64,000 bases of DNA. Origin: Candidatus Kerfeldbacteria bacterium. GTDB taxonomy: Bacteria > Patescibacteriota > Patescibacteriia > UBA9570 > XYC2-FULL-38-9. Below the pieces are notes generated by a model. That model was given only the letters and a program-made list of their open reading frames with translations. It was not told the origin of the DNA and did no database searches. The DNA lies in contig JACPGJ010000008.1 of the NCBI GenBank assembly GCA_016182555.1, positions 156,272 through 220,271 on the forward strand, read 5' to 3'. Below, piece after piece: positions 18,195 through 28,699 of this stretch. Position numbers and translations under genes: made by a program. Positions within the stretch are counted from its first letter, which is position 1. Every line of letters starts with the position of its first letter.

Positions 18195-19550
18195 ATGATT
18201 CGATTTCGAGACGCTGTACAACTTACTCGCACCAAATTCAAAACACGCCGTGTACGCACCGTATTTGCCGCAATCTCTCTTTCCATTGGCAGCGTTATTA
18301 TTTTATCGCTGGTTATTTTTAGCGGCGGGGTTATGCACTTTGCGAAAGACCTTTTTCGAGATTCGCTGGCGGATCGTTCATTTGCTTCTGAACAATTTAT
18401 TCGACCCACCACGCAAAGTACGCCGGAACAATATTTGGAAAAATATACAGCCGAAGGTGCAAAAGCAATCTATGTCAATCGTAGCATTTTTGAATATGGT
18501 TTTACCTTTAGCGGAGAAAAATTCGATACCGGACAATTTAACCGAAGTACAATGAATCTTTCTGCAGTTGACCCGGTGTTTATTGCTGATGCACTATATG
18601 AGGGGCATTCATTTGAAAATACGTACGACGGAAAAATTCCTATTATTATCCCCGCTTCCTTTATTCTTGATGCAGAACAAGGCACCGAAGGTTTTTCGCT
18701 TCCTAATCCGGAAAATCAATATGAAGCCATTCAACAATATGCGTCTTCCTATATTGACCACACATTTTCACTTGCGACCATTGAATACGCTGGTGGTCGT
18801 GATGAAGAGAACATCTTAAAAACCACTGATATTGAAGTGATTGTTGTTGGCATTTCAAAAATAACAATGTTTGGTGGTGGTGGATCTTATTATCCATCAG
18901 ATCATTTTATTATTCCAAACTGGGCAGTTGATTCACAGGATTCCGTAAAACGGTTTTTCAAAAATTCAGAAAAAAATATTGTCTATGAATTTGAAACAAA
19001 AAAACAGCGCGATGCATTTGTCAAAACACGCAATGCGCTCCGTGAAACATATATAACCCCCGTCTATGGACCATTTGAAATGCTACAAGAAGCGTTCAAA
19101 TTCTTCCGTCGGGTTGCGTATAGTGTTGGCGGATTCTTCTTGGTGGTTTCAGCCTTGTTCCTGATGACCACGCTCGGCAAAATTATTGCGGACAGTAAAC
19201 AAGAGATCGGTGTTTTTCGTGCCGTTGGTGCGCAAAAAAACGATATTCGAAAAATCTATTTAATCTATGCATGGATTCTCAGTAGTCTAGGATACCTCAT
19301 CGGTTTAGGTTTGGCCTATATTCTGGCTATTCTGGCATCGCTCAAATGGGGAGAGAAAATATTTCACTTTATTTCCATTGCCGGAACATCGTATGATATT
19401 CCTTCACCAAAATTTATTTTTGTCAGCTTCCCCTTGCAAGCCTTGATCTTCTTCTATTTCATCACTCTCCTGATTGCGCTGTTCGCCTCACTTCTCCCTA
19501 TGCGCCGTGCTGCAAAAATGGATCCCGTGAAAGTATTGCGAGAACAATAA
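18195..19550 (+). CDS. FtsX/MacB-family ABC permease
   Basis: N-terminal TM helix, a large extracytoplasmic domain, EIGVFRAVGA, and RRAAKMDPVKVLR at the C-terminus. Confidence 0.88.
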   Translation: MIRFRDAVQLTRTKFKTRRVRTVFAAISLSIGSVIILSLVIFSGGVMHFAKDLFRDSLADRSFASEQFIRPTTQSTPEQYLEKYTAEGAKAIYVNRSIFEYGFTFSGEKFDTGQFNRSTMNLSAVDPVFIADALYEGHSFENTYDGKIPIIIPASFILDAEQGTEGFSLPNPENQYEAIQQYASSYIDHTFSLATIEYAGGRDEENILKTTDIEVIVVGISKITMFGGGGSYYPSDHFIIPNWAVDSQDSVKRFFKNSEKNIVYEFETKKQRDAFVKTRNALRETYITPVYGPFEMLQEAFKFFRRVAYSVGGFFLVVSALFLMTTLGKIIADSKQEIGVFRAVGAQKNDIRKIYLIYAWILSSLGYLIGLGLAYILAILASLKWGEKIFHFISIAGTSYDIPSPKFIFVSFPLQALIFFYFITLLIALFASLLPMRRAAKMDPVKVLREQ

Positions 19551-19568
19551 CAGCGAGAACCCCTACAC

Positions 19569-19597
19569 TTGACAGAGCGCGCAGCTATGCGTATAAT
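19569..19597 (+). promoter_or_regulatory. Consensus sigma70 promoter of typA
   Basis: Perfect TTGACA-17 nt-TATAAT, 80 nt upstream of the ATG. Confidence 0.85.
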
Positions 19598-19677
19598 CAT
19601 AGCTGTATTTTCTATGCTTCTGCTGTTGTATTGCAAGCAGATTTTTTTTAACAAACAAATTAGACCAGAGACTATTT

Positions 19678-21486
19678 ATGAACATTCGAAACGTTGCCAT
19701 TATTGCTCACGTTGACCACGGAAAAACTACGCTGGTCGATGCATTATTGCGTCAATCCAAAACTCACCTCAATAAAGAAGAAGCCGGGTCAGATTTAATT
19801 ATGGATAGCAATGACTTGGAACGTGAACGCGGCATCACCATTTTTTCTAAAAATGCTTCGGTCAAATGGAAAGAGACTAAAATTAATATTATTGACACTC
19901 CCGGCCACGCAGATTTCGGTGGTGAAGTAGAACGCGTGCTCAAAATGGCAGATGGCGCCCTGTTACTCGTTGACGCGAAAGAAGGACCGATGCCGCAAAC
20001 TCGTTTTGTATTGCGAAAGGCACTGGCATTAAAATTGAAAGTGTTGGTGGTGATTAACAAAATTGATAAACCAGGAGCAAATGTGGACCACGCGTTGAAC
20101 AAAGTCTTTGATTTGTTTGTGGAACTGGGTGCTGATGATGCAACGCTTGATTTTCCAATTATTTACGCTTCAGGGAAAGCGGGAAAAGCTGGCTTGGAAC
20201 CAGATATCAATACAATGAACGATATCTCCCCTATTTTTGAAGCGATTCTCGAACACATTCCTGCACCAGCTGTTGACCCCGCCGCGCCGCTACAAATGTT
20301 GATTACCACGATTAGCGCTGATGATTTTAAAGGACGCATTGCGACTGGCCGTATTCATAACGGCACTCTGCGCGCTGGCCAAGACGTGATGCACATTAAC
20401 CGCGCTGGCGAAATGAAAAAATATCGCTTGATGGCGCTCATGACCTTCGAAGGTCTGCAACGAGTAGACGCGCAAGAAGCCTACGCTGGAGATATTGTCG
20501 CGATTGCCGGAATTCCAGAAATTGGCATTGGAGAAACGGTTGCCGATGTGACGGCGCCCGTTGCGCTCCCGGTGCTAGATATTGAAGAGCCAACCGTGAA
20601 AATGACTTTCCGCGTCAACGATTCACCCTTTGCTGGCAAAGAAGGTCAATTTAGTACATCACGCCAAATTCGTGAACGCTTATACAAAGAATTGGAAACC
20701 GATATGGCGCTGCTTGTAGAAGACGGACCTGCAGCCGATTGGATTGTTTCTGGACGTGGTGAATTGCACCTCGCTATTTTGATTGAACGCCTGCGCCGTG
20801 AAGGATATGAATTCCAGGTTTCTCGCCCACAAGTGATTGTAAAAGAAGTGAATGGTCAAAAGATGACGCCTTATGAACGGCTCTATATTGAAGTACCAGA
20901 AGAACATTCGGGAACGGTTATTCAAAAACTCTCCAGCCGACGTGGCGAATTGCAAGATATGAAAACAGAAGAGAATATTGTTTTCTTGGAATTTTTGATT
21001 CCGACTCGTGGATTATTTGGCTACCATAGCGAGTTCCTGACAGATACGAAGGGATTGGGTATTATGAATTCCATTTTTGATGAATATAAACCCGACCCAG
21101 GAAAATGGTTGGAGCGTGATCGCGGTTCGTTGGTGGCGCATGAAACCGGCACAACCAAATTGTATGGTTTATTGAATGTACAAGACCGTGGCGTGATGTT
21201 TGTGGGTCCTGGTGTTGCGGTGTATAAAGGCCAAGTCGTGGGCCAAAATGCGCGCAAAGAAGATATTGCGGTGAATGTGTGTAAAGAAAAACAACTCTCA
21301 AATATGCGTTCAAAGGGTGATGGTGTCAATGAATATTTTAAAGCACCGCGCGTGATGGGCTTGGAAGACGCAATTGAATATATTAGTGATGATGAATTGG
21401 TAGAAATTACGCCTAAAAATATTCGTATTCGGAAAGAGATATTGGATGAAATAGAAGCAAAGAAGAAGGCAAGAGGTATGGTATAA
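19678..21486 (+). CDS. typA: Translational GTPase TypA/BipA
   Basis: IAHVDHGKTTLVD, ERERGITI, DTPGHADFGGEVER, NKID, GRGELHL, PTRGLFG and ELVEITP. Confidence 0.97.
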   Translation: MNIRNVAIIAHVDHGKTTLVDALLRQSKTHLNKEEAGSDLIMDSNDLERERGITIFSKNASVKWKETKINIIDTPGHADFGGEVERVLKMADGALLLVDAKEGPMPQTRFVLRKALALKLKVLVVINKIDKPGANVDHALNKVFDLFVELGADDATLDFPIIYASGKAGKAGLEPDINTMNDISPIFEAILEHIPAPAVDPAAPLQMLITTISADDFKGRIATGRIHNGTLRAGQDVMHINRAGEMKKYRLMALMTFEGLQRVDAQEAYAGDIVAIAGIPEIGIGETVADVTAPVALPVLDIEEPTVKMTFRVNDSPFAGKEGQFSTSRQIRERLYKELETDMALLVEDGPAADWIVSGRGELHLAILIERLRREGYEFQVSRPQVIVKEVNGQKMTPYERLYIEVPEEHSGTVIQKLSSRRGELQDMKTEENIVFLEFLIPTRGLFGYHSEFLTDTKGLGIMNSIFDEYKPDPGKWLERDRGSLVAHETGTTKLYGLLNVQDRGVMFVGPGVAVYKGQVVGQNARKEDIAVNVCKEKQLSNMRSKGDGVNEYFKAPRVMGLEDAIEYISDDELVEITPKNIRIRKEILDEIEAKKKARGMV

Positions 21487-21591
21487 TGATATTGGCCTTC
21501 CCGCCAATTCTTCGAGAGCTTCGTTTTGCTTCGCAAAGCCGTGCTCTCGGAAGACATTTCGCTGCGGCCAATAAAACAATTATATACCTCT

Positions 21592-22599
21592 ATGCAGAAA
21601 GAATCATTACAAAACCAAGCACAAAAGGTGATGGTCAAGATTGGTTTTTTGGATGCAAAAGAGATATATAGTGGAAAATGGTATGACGGATCGTTGCGGA
21701 ATAGTATTTTTAGTGGTGTGTATGAAGGGAAACCAGCCGTGTTGAAAATGTATGACGACCCACGAGTGACCGATGAGCCATTGCAATTAAAAAAATTTCA
21801 CGAATTATTTGATTCTGTAAAACCTTCTATTATTACTGCGCCAGAACTATATCGATACGAAATCACTTCACCAACGAGTGGGTGGTTTGTGATGGAACAT
21901 CTTCCAGAGGGAAAATTTTTTCCTTCTCCTATGAATGCGACAGAGCGAACAGAATTTTTGAATGTCTATCATGCGTATCGTAGCGTGTTTCCAAAAACCG
22001 CAACGCGCCCCTTACTGCTTCATGAACGTTTTCGTGCTGACCAATTTCATCTAGCCAATATCAGTCGTTGGATCAATATTGCGGGTTTGCAAGAAGCACA
22101 ATTTGCATTAGATGGAAAACCAACACTCTTGAATACGCCGGAATTTGTTGAACTCTACACCAATGCTGAAAAAATTATTCGCCAAGAATTTATGCAGCGG
22201 CCCATGATTTGGTGCCACGGGCATTTTAAAGCACACGAAGTCTACAAAACGAATAACGGCCGATATTATCTGCTCGATTTTGCCCACACGCACCTCTACC
22301 CTGAAGGTTACGAATTTGGGTTTATGGTCTGGGCAGATCAATTCACTACACTACAATCAAAAACTACAATGAACGGTTTAGAAGCAGAGGTACGCAACTG
22401 GATTGCTGCATTTGAACCGATTGCGACAGAACTCAACATAAAAAACTTCTCGGAGCTTGCACGAGCCAGCCTGATTGAACGCCTCATGGGAACAATAACT
22501 GCTGATGTCGTTGGCAATGTGAATATGCCCTACGAAGAACGCGCACGCCGCATGACATTGCTCATGCCGTTGTGCCAACAGTTGATTGACGAATATTAA
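21592..22599 (+). CDS. APH/choline-kinase-fold protein with an atypical catalytic loop
   Basis: AVLKM, FVMEHLP, WCHGHFKAHE, LLDFAH and PEGYEFG. Confidence 0.65.
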   Translation: MQKESLQNQAQKVMVKIGFLDAKEIYSGKWYDGSLRNSIFSGVYEGKPAVLKMYDDPRVTDEPLQLKKFHELFDSVKPSIITAPELYRYEITSPTSGWFVMEHLPEGKFFPSPMNATERTEFLNVYHAYRSVFPKTATRPLLLHERFRADQFHLANISRWINIAGLQEAQFALDGKPTLLNTPEFVELYTNAEKIIRQEFMQRPMIWCHGHFKAHEVYKTNNGRYYLLDFAHTHLYPEGYEFGFMVWADQFTTLQSKTTMNGLEAEVRNWIAAFEPIATELNIKNFSELARASLIERLMGTITADVVGNVNMPYEERARRMTLLMPLCQQLIDEY

Positions 22600-23591
22600 A
22601 GCGGAGTTGGATACGTATCGTTACTGATTTCCCGTGAGAAACAATAACGGCCAGCTGGGTGATTCCAAGAATTCACTCCTTTTGAATAGATATATGAAGA
22701 CATTGAACTCGAAGCATCATCGCTCGATTTTGAAAATTTTGCGCACAACTCGAATGTGTTTGTTCCGGTGACATTATAACTATATTTTGGCGGCATCAAT
22801 TGATCACCAGTTGTGTCTGCTTGTGGGTCAGTCGGTATTTTCCCTGTATAAATATATGGACTCAATTGATTCATTTCTGTCGGTAATTCCCCTTTGTCAT
22901 TCCAATAACCATAGACCGCCGATTCCAATGCAGAAAGATCGCTCACTCGTTTTTCATCTAAGCGATACAAGCGCTGCTGCTGGGGTGACCCGGCAATAAA
23001 AAACCCACCAATAATTGCTGCGAATACGATGGCAATAACCGGCCAGGCAATCATGCGCAAATCGCGTGCTGGTTTTTCTTGGTGCACATCCCAAAGGTAA
23101 TACCCAAAAATCGTTCCAGCGACCAACAACACCGAAAGCGCCTTCAAGAAAAAACGCATCGTCAGCTCTCCATCCAAAAAATTATATACAATACTTACTA
23201 AATCACCACCAATAATAATGGTTGCTAAAAATAGGGTGAAAAAAATTAACCACTTTCGCAAGCGCATGTTCCGCGCATTAATATCTTTACGATATTCTTT
23301 GGTCAACAACCAGGATGTCACCATGAACCCCGGGAAAACAATAATCAAAGAAGAAATAGCAAACCGCAGTGGACCTTGATAGTGTAATGTATACCCTCCA
23401 CTAAACAGCGGATCTGGAAACCACACATTCACGTACTGAAATAAGAGCGTGAGAAAACTTGCTGCTGAAAAATAGAGCGTCACAATGACCAGCAAATGCA
23501 TAAACACATCTTTGGGTGACAAATGCACCTTCTGCTCTTTCTCTTTTTGTTTCACGGTTGATTTTTTCTTTTCCTCCTTTTTTGTTTTCAT
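22596..23591 (-). CDS. DUF5671-domain membrane protein
   Basis: PKDVFMHL, RKWLIFFTLF, FLDGELTMRFFLK, GSPQQQRLYRLDEKRVSDL, FELCAKF and WNHPAGRYCF. Confidence 0.8.
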   Translation of the reverse strand: MKTKKEEKKKSTVKQKEKEQKVHLSPKDVFMHLLVIVTLYFSAASFLTLLFQYVNVWFPDPLFSGGYTLHYQGPLRFAISSLIIVFPGFMVTSWLLTKEYRKDINARNMRLRKWLIFFTLFLATIIIGGDLVSIVYNFLDGELTMRFFLKALSVLLVAGTIFGYYLWDVHQEKPARDLRMIAWPVIAIVFAAIIGGFFIAGSPQQQRLYRLDEKRVSDLSALESAVYGYWNDKGELPTEMNQLSPYIYTGKIPTDPQADTTGDQLMPPKYSYNVTGTNTFELCAKFSKSSDDASSSMSSYIYSKGVNSWNHPAGRYCFSREISNDTYPTPL

Positions 23592-23626
23592 ACAAAAAAT
23601 TACTAATAGATAGTCCTGTCAGTATA

Positions 23627-24307
23627 TCAGATACAATACATTTCGTGTAGCGCAATCGCCAACGCCTGCGATACATTCAACGATTCGAGTTGTGCCTCAT
23701 GGCCAATACTGAGCGATTCACCAACAATCGGTAACTGAATCCCCTGCCCTTCAGAACCGGCAATCAGAACAACCGGCTGGGTATTTTTTTTGCGAAGATC
23801 CGCTACCGTACAGACTGCCAAATCATTGGCTTCTAAACGAAAAATAGTCCCTTGGAATGCTTGAATATACGCAACAGCATCTTCCCGCGTAATAGAACGC
23901 CACGGCACATGAAACAATGCACCAACAGACGAACGCACCACTTTTGGATTGGTCACATCGACAGAATCAATCAATACCAACGATGCGGCAAACCCCAAAC
24001 ACAAACGCAGAATGGCACCAACGTTTCCCGGGTCTTGTACACCATCCAACACCACAATTGTTTTTCGTGAACGAATATCTGCATCTGACCATTCAGGAAT
24101 ACGTGCTACAGCGGCAACATCTTGTGGTGTTTCTGTCGTTACCAATTCGTTAAATGCCGCACTATCTTCTTGACGAAAAACAAATTCCACCGCGTCACTA
24201 GCAGTGCGGACCACTTTCTCTCCTTCCACAATACACTTCCCCGCTTTCTCTCTTCCTTTTTTTGTGTGCAGTGAACGAATCAATTTTTCCTGCGCATGCA
24301 TTAACAT
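23627..24307 (-). CDS. TrmH family RNA methyltransferase
   Basis: VEGEK, TETPQ, LDGVQDPGNVGAILR, GSEGQG and ESLNVS. Confidence 0.9.
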   Translation of the reverse strand: MLMHAQEKLIRSLHTKKGREKAGKCIVEGEKVVRTASDAVEFVFRQEDSAAFNELVTTETPQDVAAVARIPEWSDADIRSRKTIVVLDGVQDPGNVGAILRLCLGFAASLVLIDSVDVTNPKVVRSSVGALFHVPWRSITREDAVAYIQAFQGTIFRLEANDLAVCTVADLRKKNTQPVVLIAGSEGQGIQLPIVGESLSIGHEAQLESLNVSQALAIALHEMYCI

Positions 24308-24378
24308 ACCGTATGTACTATATCACATACGTGGGGCACCTCATAGGCATAGCAGCGCAGAATTATTCAAGACAAGTA

Positions 24379-24552
24379 TTATTGAATAATTTCATCTTTC
24401 TCCCTAGACGCTGCTCTCATTTGTTGTCTCACTTGTTCAATTTTCAATGATAAATCGAGAAGTTGTTCATAATAGGCAATAGACGGAGAATGGCGGAAAT
24501 GTTGAAACCGATTTTTCCATTCAGCCAATTGTGTTTGTGTAGAGATAGCCAT
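24379..24552 (-). CDS. Small hypothetical protein (57 aa)
   Basis: MAISTQTQLAEWKNRFQHFRHSPSIAYYEQLLDLSLKIEQVRQQMRAASREKDEIIQ*, with AAGGA RBS upstream. It fills an otherwise empty gap and is below the ORF-track cutoff. Confidence 0.5.
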   Translation of the reverse strand: MAISTQTQLAEWKNRFQHFRHSPSIAYYEQLLDLSLKIEQVRQQMRAASREKDEIIQ

Positions 24553-24805
24553 GTGTTGTTCCTTAATAATAAAATTTATCTATAGTATATCTGTACTCGT
24601 AAAAAACCCTATATAAATCATGTATAAAAAAAATAACTTTTTTTATACATCTCTCATGAACAAATCATAAACACAGTCTCCTCGTTTAGTTTAAGGATGT
24701 AATATATTGGTAAATAGCGTACTTATCCTCAATAGAAGAGAAGAGCCAGTCGCAACATTGGCCACTATTCGCTATAATCAACGATATATTATTTATTGAA
24801 TTCGT

Positions 24806-26830
24806 ATGCACAACAACATGGCATCAAAATCTGTGCTCGTATTAGCCCTCCTGGTCATTGTCATCGGTGGGTGGGCAATTGCCGACCGGTATACGCAATC
24901 TCCGAAACAGATTGGTGATGTCGTATTTTTTGACCGAGAAAAAACACCTGAAGAAGTGCAAGCATTTACATCTGCAGATGAATTTCGCCAATATCTTGCA
25001 GCAGCGCATAATGTGAGAAGCAACAATTATTATCAATTTACTGGTGCCGCACCCAAAGCAGCAATAGATGAACTCGGTACAAATAGTGGTGTTTCTATGG
25101 ATTCTGATTCATATACACTCGGAAGCGCAGAACAATCAATTACCGATAGCGTTGGGCGTTCTTCCACCACCAATGTGCAAACAGAAGGAATCGATGAACC
25201 AGATATTGTGAAGACCAATGGTGAAAATATTTTTTACTCACCCGAAAATAACTACATTATGTTTGAACGCCCCATGATGGGTTCAGGCATCACGGAAGAC
25301 TCCAAACAGACAAACGAATATTCTGCCAAAACCAACGTAATTGACCCCCTTCCAATCAACAATATCAACATTGCGGCAAACATTCCGGAACAAGGTGATT
25401 TGTTACTTGACGGTAACATCTTAATGGTCCTCACGTATGACCACATCACTGGTTATGATGTGACGGACCCGAAAGCACCGAAGGAAAGCTGGAAATTAAA
25501 TTTCACAGAAAAAACCAGCTATACTACGGCACGATTAAAAGATCACCATCTTTTTTTAGTAACCAATACCTCGAATAATCAAACAACACCGTGTCCACTC
25601 AGCCCACTCAAACGAGGAGAAGATGCCGTGGTTATTGAATGTACCGGCATCTATCACCCAATGGAGATTGTGCCCAGTGATATTACCTATTCAGTCATGA
25701 ATGTGAACCCCACAACCGGCGCAGTAGCTGACCAGGTGGGCTTTGTTGGCTCTGAATCAAATGCGATTTTGTATATGTCGACGGACAACCTGTATATCGC
25801 GTATGCACACCCAACAGACTTATTCAAATTTATTTATGAATTCTTTAGCACCGATGGGAAAGACTTGGTGTCTGCAGATATTCTGGAACAAATGAAAAAA
25901 ATTAATAGTTATGATATTTCCGAAAGTTCAAAAATAAATGAAATGGGAACGATTATGGAAGACTACATGGATTCGCTCACAGAAGAAGAGAAAAATCGTT
26001 TTGAAGATGGCGAAGAGCGTATTCAAACCTATTTTGATAAACGAAAACGTGAATTAGAAACCAGCGGCCTCACTCGTATTGCCCTTGATACACTTGATAT
26101 TGCCGCTTCTACCACGATTGCTGGCAGTCCGTTAAATCAATTTTCCATGGATGAATATGAAGGCCATCTTCGTATCGCCACAACCGTGGGTAGTGGGCGA
26201 AATGATTTTGGTGATTTATCTCACAGTGCCAACGATCTCTATGTACTGAATGAACAGTTAGAAACTGTTGGCCAAGTACAAGACCTTGGGCTCGGTGAAC
26301 GGGTGTATTCGGCGAGATTTATTGGAGATATAGGATATCTCGTTACCTTCCGGCAAACCGATCCATTATATGTCTTTGACTTATCCGATCCAAAATATCC
26401 ACGCAAAACAGGTGAATTAAAAATTCCTGGTTACTCATCATACCTGCACCCCATTAACGACACGCTATTGATTGGTGTTGGAAAAGAGGATCAACAAGTA
26501 AAAGTATCGCTCTTCGATGTGTCCGATAAAACCAACCCGAAAGAAATTGCGCAACAAAAATTAGAAGACTATTGGTCGGAAGCGATAGATAATCACCATG
26601 CATTCTTACTCGATGATGAAAAGAAACTCTTCTTTATGCCAGGCAGTACTGGTGGCTATATCTTCTTGTACGACAATAATACCCTCGCACTGAAAAAATC
26701 GTTGAGTGAAAATCTCCAAGCAAAACGGGCAGTATACATCAATGATGCCTTATACATTCTTGGAACCCAGAAGATGATTGTCATTGACGAAAATACCTTG
26801 GAAAAGAGCGCTGAACTTTCTCTTCAATAA
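24806..26830 (+). CDS. Secreted beta-propeller domain protein (Beta_propel family)
   Basis: STTNVQTEGIDEPDIVKT, LNQFSMDEY, GERVYSARF, TFRQTDPL and GELKIPGYSSYLHP. Confidence 0.88.
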   Translation: MHNNMASKSVLVLALLVIVIGGWAIADRYTQSPKQIGDVVFFDREKTPEEVQAFTSADEFRQYLAAAHNVRSNNYYQFTGAAPKAAIDELGTNSGVSMDSDSYTLGSAEQSITDSVGRSSTTNVQTEGIDEPDIVKTNGENIFYSPENNYIMFERPMMGSGITEDSKQTNEYSAKTNVIDPLPINNINIAANIPEQGDLLLDGNILMVLTYDHITGYDVTDPKAPKESWKLNFTEKTSYTTARLKDHHLFLVTNTSNNQTTPCPLSPLKRGEDAVVIECTGIYHPMEIVPSDITYSVMNVNPTTGAVADQVGFVGSESNAILYMSTDNLYIAYAHPTDLFKFIYEFFSTDGKDLVSADILEQMKKINSYDISESSKINEMGTIMEDYMDSLTEEEKNRFEDGEERIQTYFDKRKRELETSGLTRIALDTLDIAASTTIAGSPLNQFSMDEYEGHLRIATTVGSGRNDFGDLSHSANDLYVLNEQLETVGQVQDLGLGERVYSARFIGDIGYLVTFRQTDPLYVFDLSDPKYPRKTGELKIPGYSSYLHPINDTLLIGVGKEDQQVKVSLFDVSDKTNPKEIAQQKLEDYWSEAIDNHHAFLLDDEKKLFFMPGSTGGYIFLYDNNTLALKKSLSENLQAKRAVYINDALYILGTQKMIVIDENTLEKSAELSLQ

Positions 26831-26848
26831 AATTTAGCCTCAACAATT

Positions 26849-26892
26849 AAAGCTCAACTGTACAGTATGTACAAAACAGTTGGGCTTTTTTT
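26849..26892 (+). terminator. Intrinsic terminator
   Basis: AAAGCTCAACTGT...ACAGTTGGGCTTT followed by a T-tract. Confidence 0.7.
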
Positions 26893-26972
26893 GGCACTTT
26901 TTGTATTGTTTGTCCACAGTATGCTCTCTATACTACAAATAGATAAAGAATAATTATTAACAAAAAAAACGT

Positions 26973-27176
26973 ATGAACATGCAAACACAAGGTCAAAAAA
27001 GTACACGTGGTTTTGCATCCATGGACCCAAACAAGCAACGCGCTATTGCCAGCAAAGGCGGACAAGCTGCGCATGCCAAGGGCACGGCTCATGAATTTAC
27101 TTCCGAAGAAGCACGTATTGCGGGGCGAAAAGGCGGCAAGGCATCGCACAGCCGAAGCGGTACGGTGAATCAATAG
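26973..27176 (+). CDS. KGG-repeat general stress protein (YciG/Con-10-like)
   Basis: RGFASMD...IASKGG...AHEFTSEEARIAGRKGG. Confidence 0.92.
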   Translation: MNMQTQGQKSTRGFASMDPNKQRAIASKGGQAAHAKGTAHEFTSEEARIAGRKGGKASHSRSGTVNQ

Positions 27177-27191
27177 TCAACGTCGTTGCTA

Positions 27192-27238
27192 CATTCAATG
27201 GGCAGGTAATACGTCGTCGTATCGCCTGCCCTTGAATG
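27192..27238. terminator. Long hairpin between convergent genes (possible bidirectional terminator or stabiliser)
   Basis: CATTCAA-T-GGGCAGG-TA-ATACG-tcgt-CGTAT-CG-CCTGCCC-TTGAATG; no clear U-tract. Confidence 0.5.
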
Positions 27239-27244
27239 AACGCT

Positions 27245-27316
27245 TTACGAACCGCACGTTGGGCACATCCCCTCAATCAAAGGCGTGTCACAGTTTGGAC
27301 AATGTGATATATTCAT
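27245..27316 (-). CDS. 23-aa putative zinc-finger microprotein
   Basis: MNISHCPNCDTPLIEGMCPTCGS* has two CxxC motifs and an A-rich leader, and is co-oriented with the upstream transporter operon. Confidence 0.6.
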   Translation of the reverse strand: MNISHCPNCDTPLIEGMCPTCGS

Positions 27317-27361
27317 AATTTTTTTATTTTAGAGTAATCCTTGGATTGCCCTATTTCTATT

Positions 27362-28693
27362 TTAAGATAAATATCGCAAGTATAACGCTCCGTATGCAAC
27401 GAGTGAATTGATGAGAACTAAGGGAAAAGCCACCACAAGATATTTCAAAAATACCGTGTGCAGCTTCGCCTGCTCTGCCTGACCAAATGCAATAACATTA
27501 CAAGCAGCACCAATAGGAGAGCCTGCGCCACCAATGGATGTTCCAAGATTCAGCGCCCACCAAAGTGGATAGACAAAAATACCAGATGCCGCCATCGCTT
27601 TAATAGCACCAACCATGGCAATATTATATGGCACATTATCAATAAATGTCGATAACGTACCAGAACCCACAGTGATAAAAAAGAGTAACGCGTTACTGTT
27701 ACCATGAGTCAATGTTATCATAACGTCAGCGAGCTTGTGAATGACTCCAGTGAATTCCAATGAACCCACGACAATAAACAAACCGGTAAAGAAAAAAATA
27801 ATTTCCCAATCGATCATGTGTTCCAATACATGTTTCACCTCTTTTTCAAAAATAAACAAGAGCAGAAATGCACCAGCAAAAGTAATTGTTGCGTTATCTA
27901 GTGTAACACCAGTTTTATTAAAAATAGCTTCGCGGCCTATCATGAGCAAAATAGCAAGAATCAATACTGGCATACCGACAGCCAAAATTTTTCTATTTTT
28001 TATGGCAGATTTTGGGTCAAACATTTCAATGTCTTTGGCTTTGATATGCACTCGTGCAAGTGGCTTCCGAAAAACCAACAATGTGTAGAGTACAGTGACC
28101 ACAGATAATATAAGCACAATCATTCCAGAATTACTCACCACCTCCATAAAACCTAAACCCACCGTTTTTGCTTGGTAATAGGTTGTTGGATCAGAAATAG
28201 GAGTCATAGCACCGCCAATATTGGCCATCGTGATCATCACAAAAAAATAAGGCAAATACGGCAGTTTGAGTTCACGAATAAGTACCAACAATACGGGACT
28301 TAAAATAAGAATAGTTGGAATATTAGATAAAAAAGTGGTCATCATCAGAGTTAAATAAGCAAAAACCACCAATAACAAGCGCGGTTTCCCTTGAGTAAAT
28401 TTCACCAATCGAATAGCTAAAGATTCAAAAATACCAGACTCGCGTACCACTCCAACTAAAATCATCATTCCAATAATGAAACCTAATACATCAAGGTTAT
28501 TTTTCACATACTCCAAAGCACCCGTTTGTGAAGAATGTTCTGGCGTTCGGAAAACTTGTAAAAAAATAAGCAACGCGGCCGCCAACATGACTACAATCAC
28601 TTTATGAATTTTTTCCGATATCAAAAATACATACACGGCGAGCAATGTAAAAATAGATATCAATGCATACAATGTCAGAGACCCTGTTTCCAT
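27362..28693 (-). CDS. ArsB/NhaD/CitMHS (IT superfamily) ion transporter
   Basis: About 12 TM helices, FLSNIPT, ANIGGAMTPISDP, IDWEIIFFF, FIDNVP and GGAGSPIGAACNV. Confidence 0.88.
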   Translation of the reverse strand: METGSLTLYALISIFTLLAVYVFLISEKIHKVIVVMLAAALLIFLQVFRTPEHSSQTGALEYVKNNLDVLGFIIGMMILVGVVRESGIFESLAIRLVKFTQGKPRLLLVVFAYLTLMMTTFLSNIPTILILSPVLLVLIRELKLPYLPYFFVMITMANIGGAMTPISDPTTYYQAKTVGLGFMEVVSNSGMIVLILSVVTVLYTLLVFRKPLARVHIKAKDIEMFDPKSAIKNRKILAVGMPVLILAILLMIGREAIFNKTGVTLDNATITFAGAFLLLFIFEKEVKHVLEHMIDWEIIFFFTGLFIVVGSLEFTGVIHKLADVMITLTHGNSNALLFFITVGSGTLSTFIDNVPYNIAMVGAIKAMAASGIFVYPLWWALNLGTSIGGAGSPIGAACNVIAFGQAEQAKLHTVFLKYLVVAFPLVLINSLVAYGALYLRYLS

Positions 28694-28699
28694 ACACTA

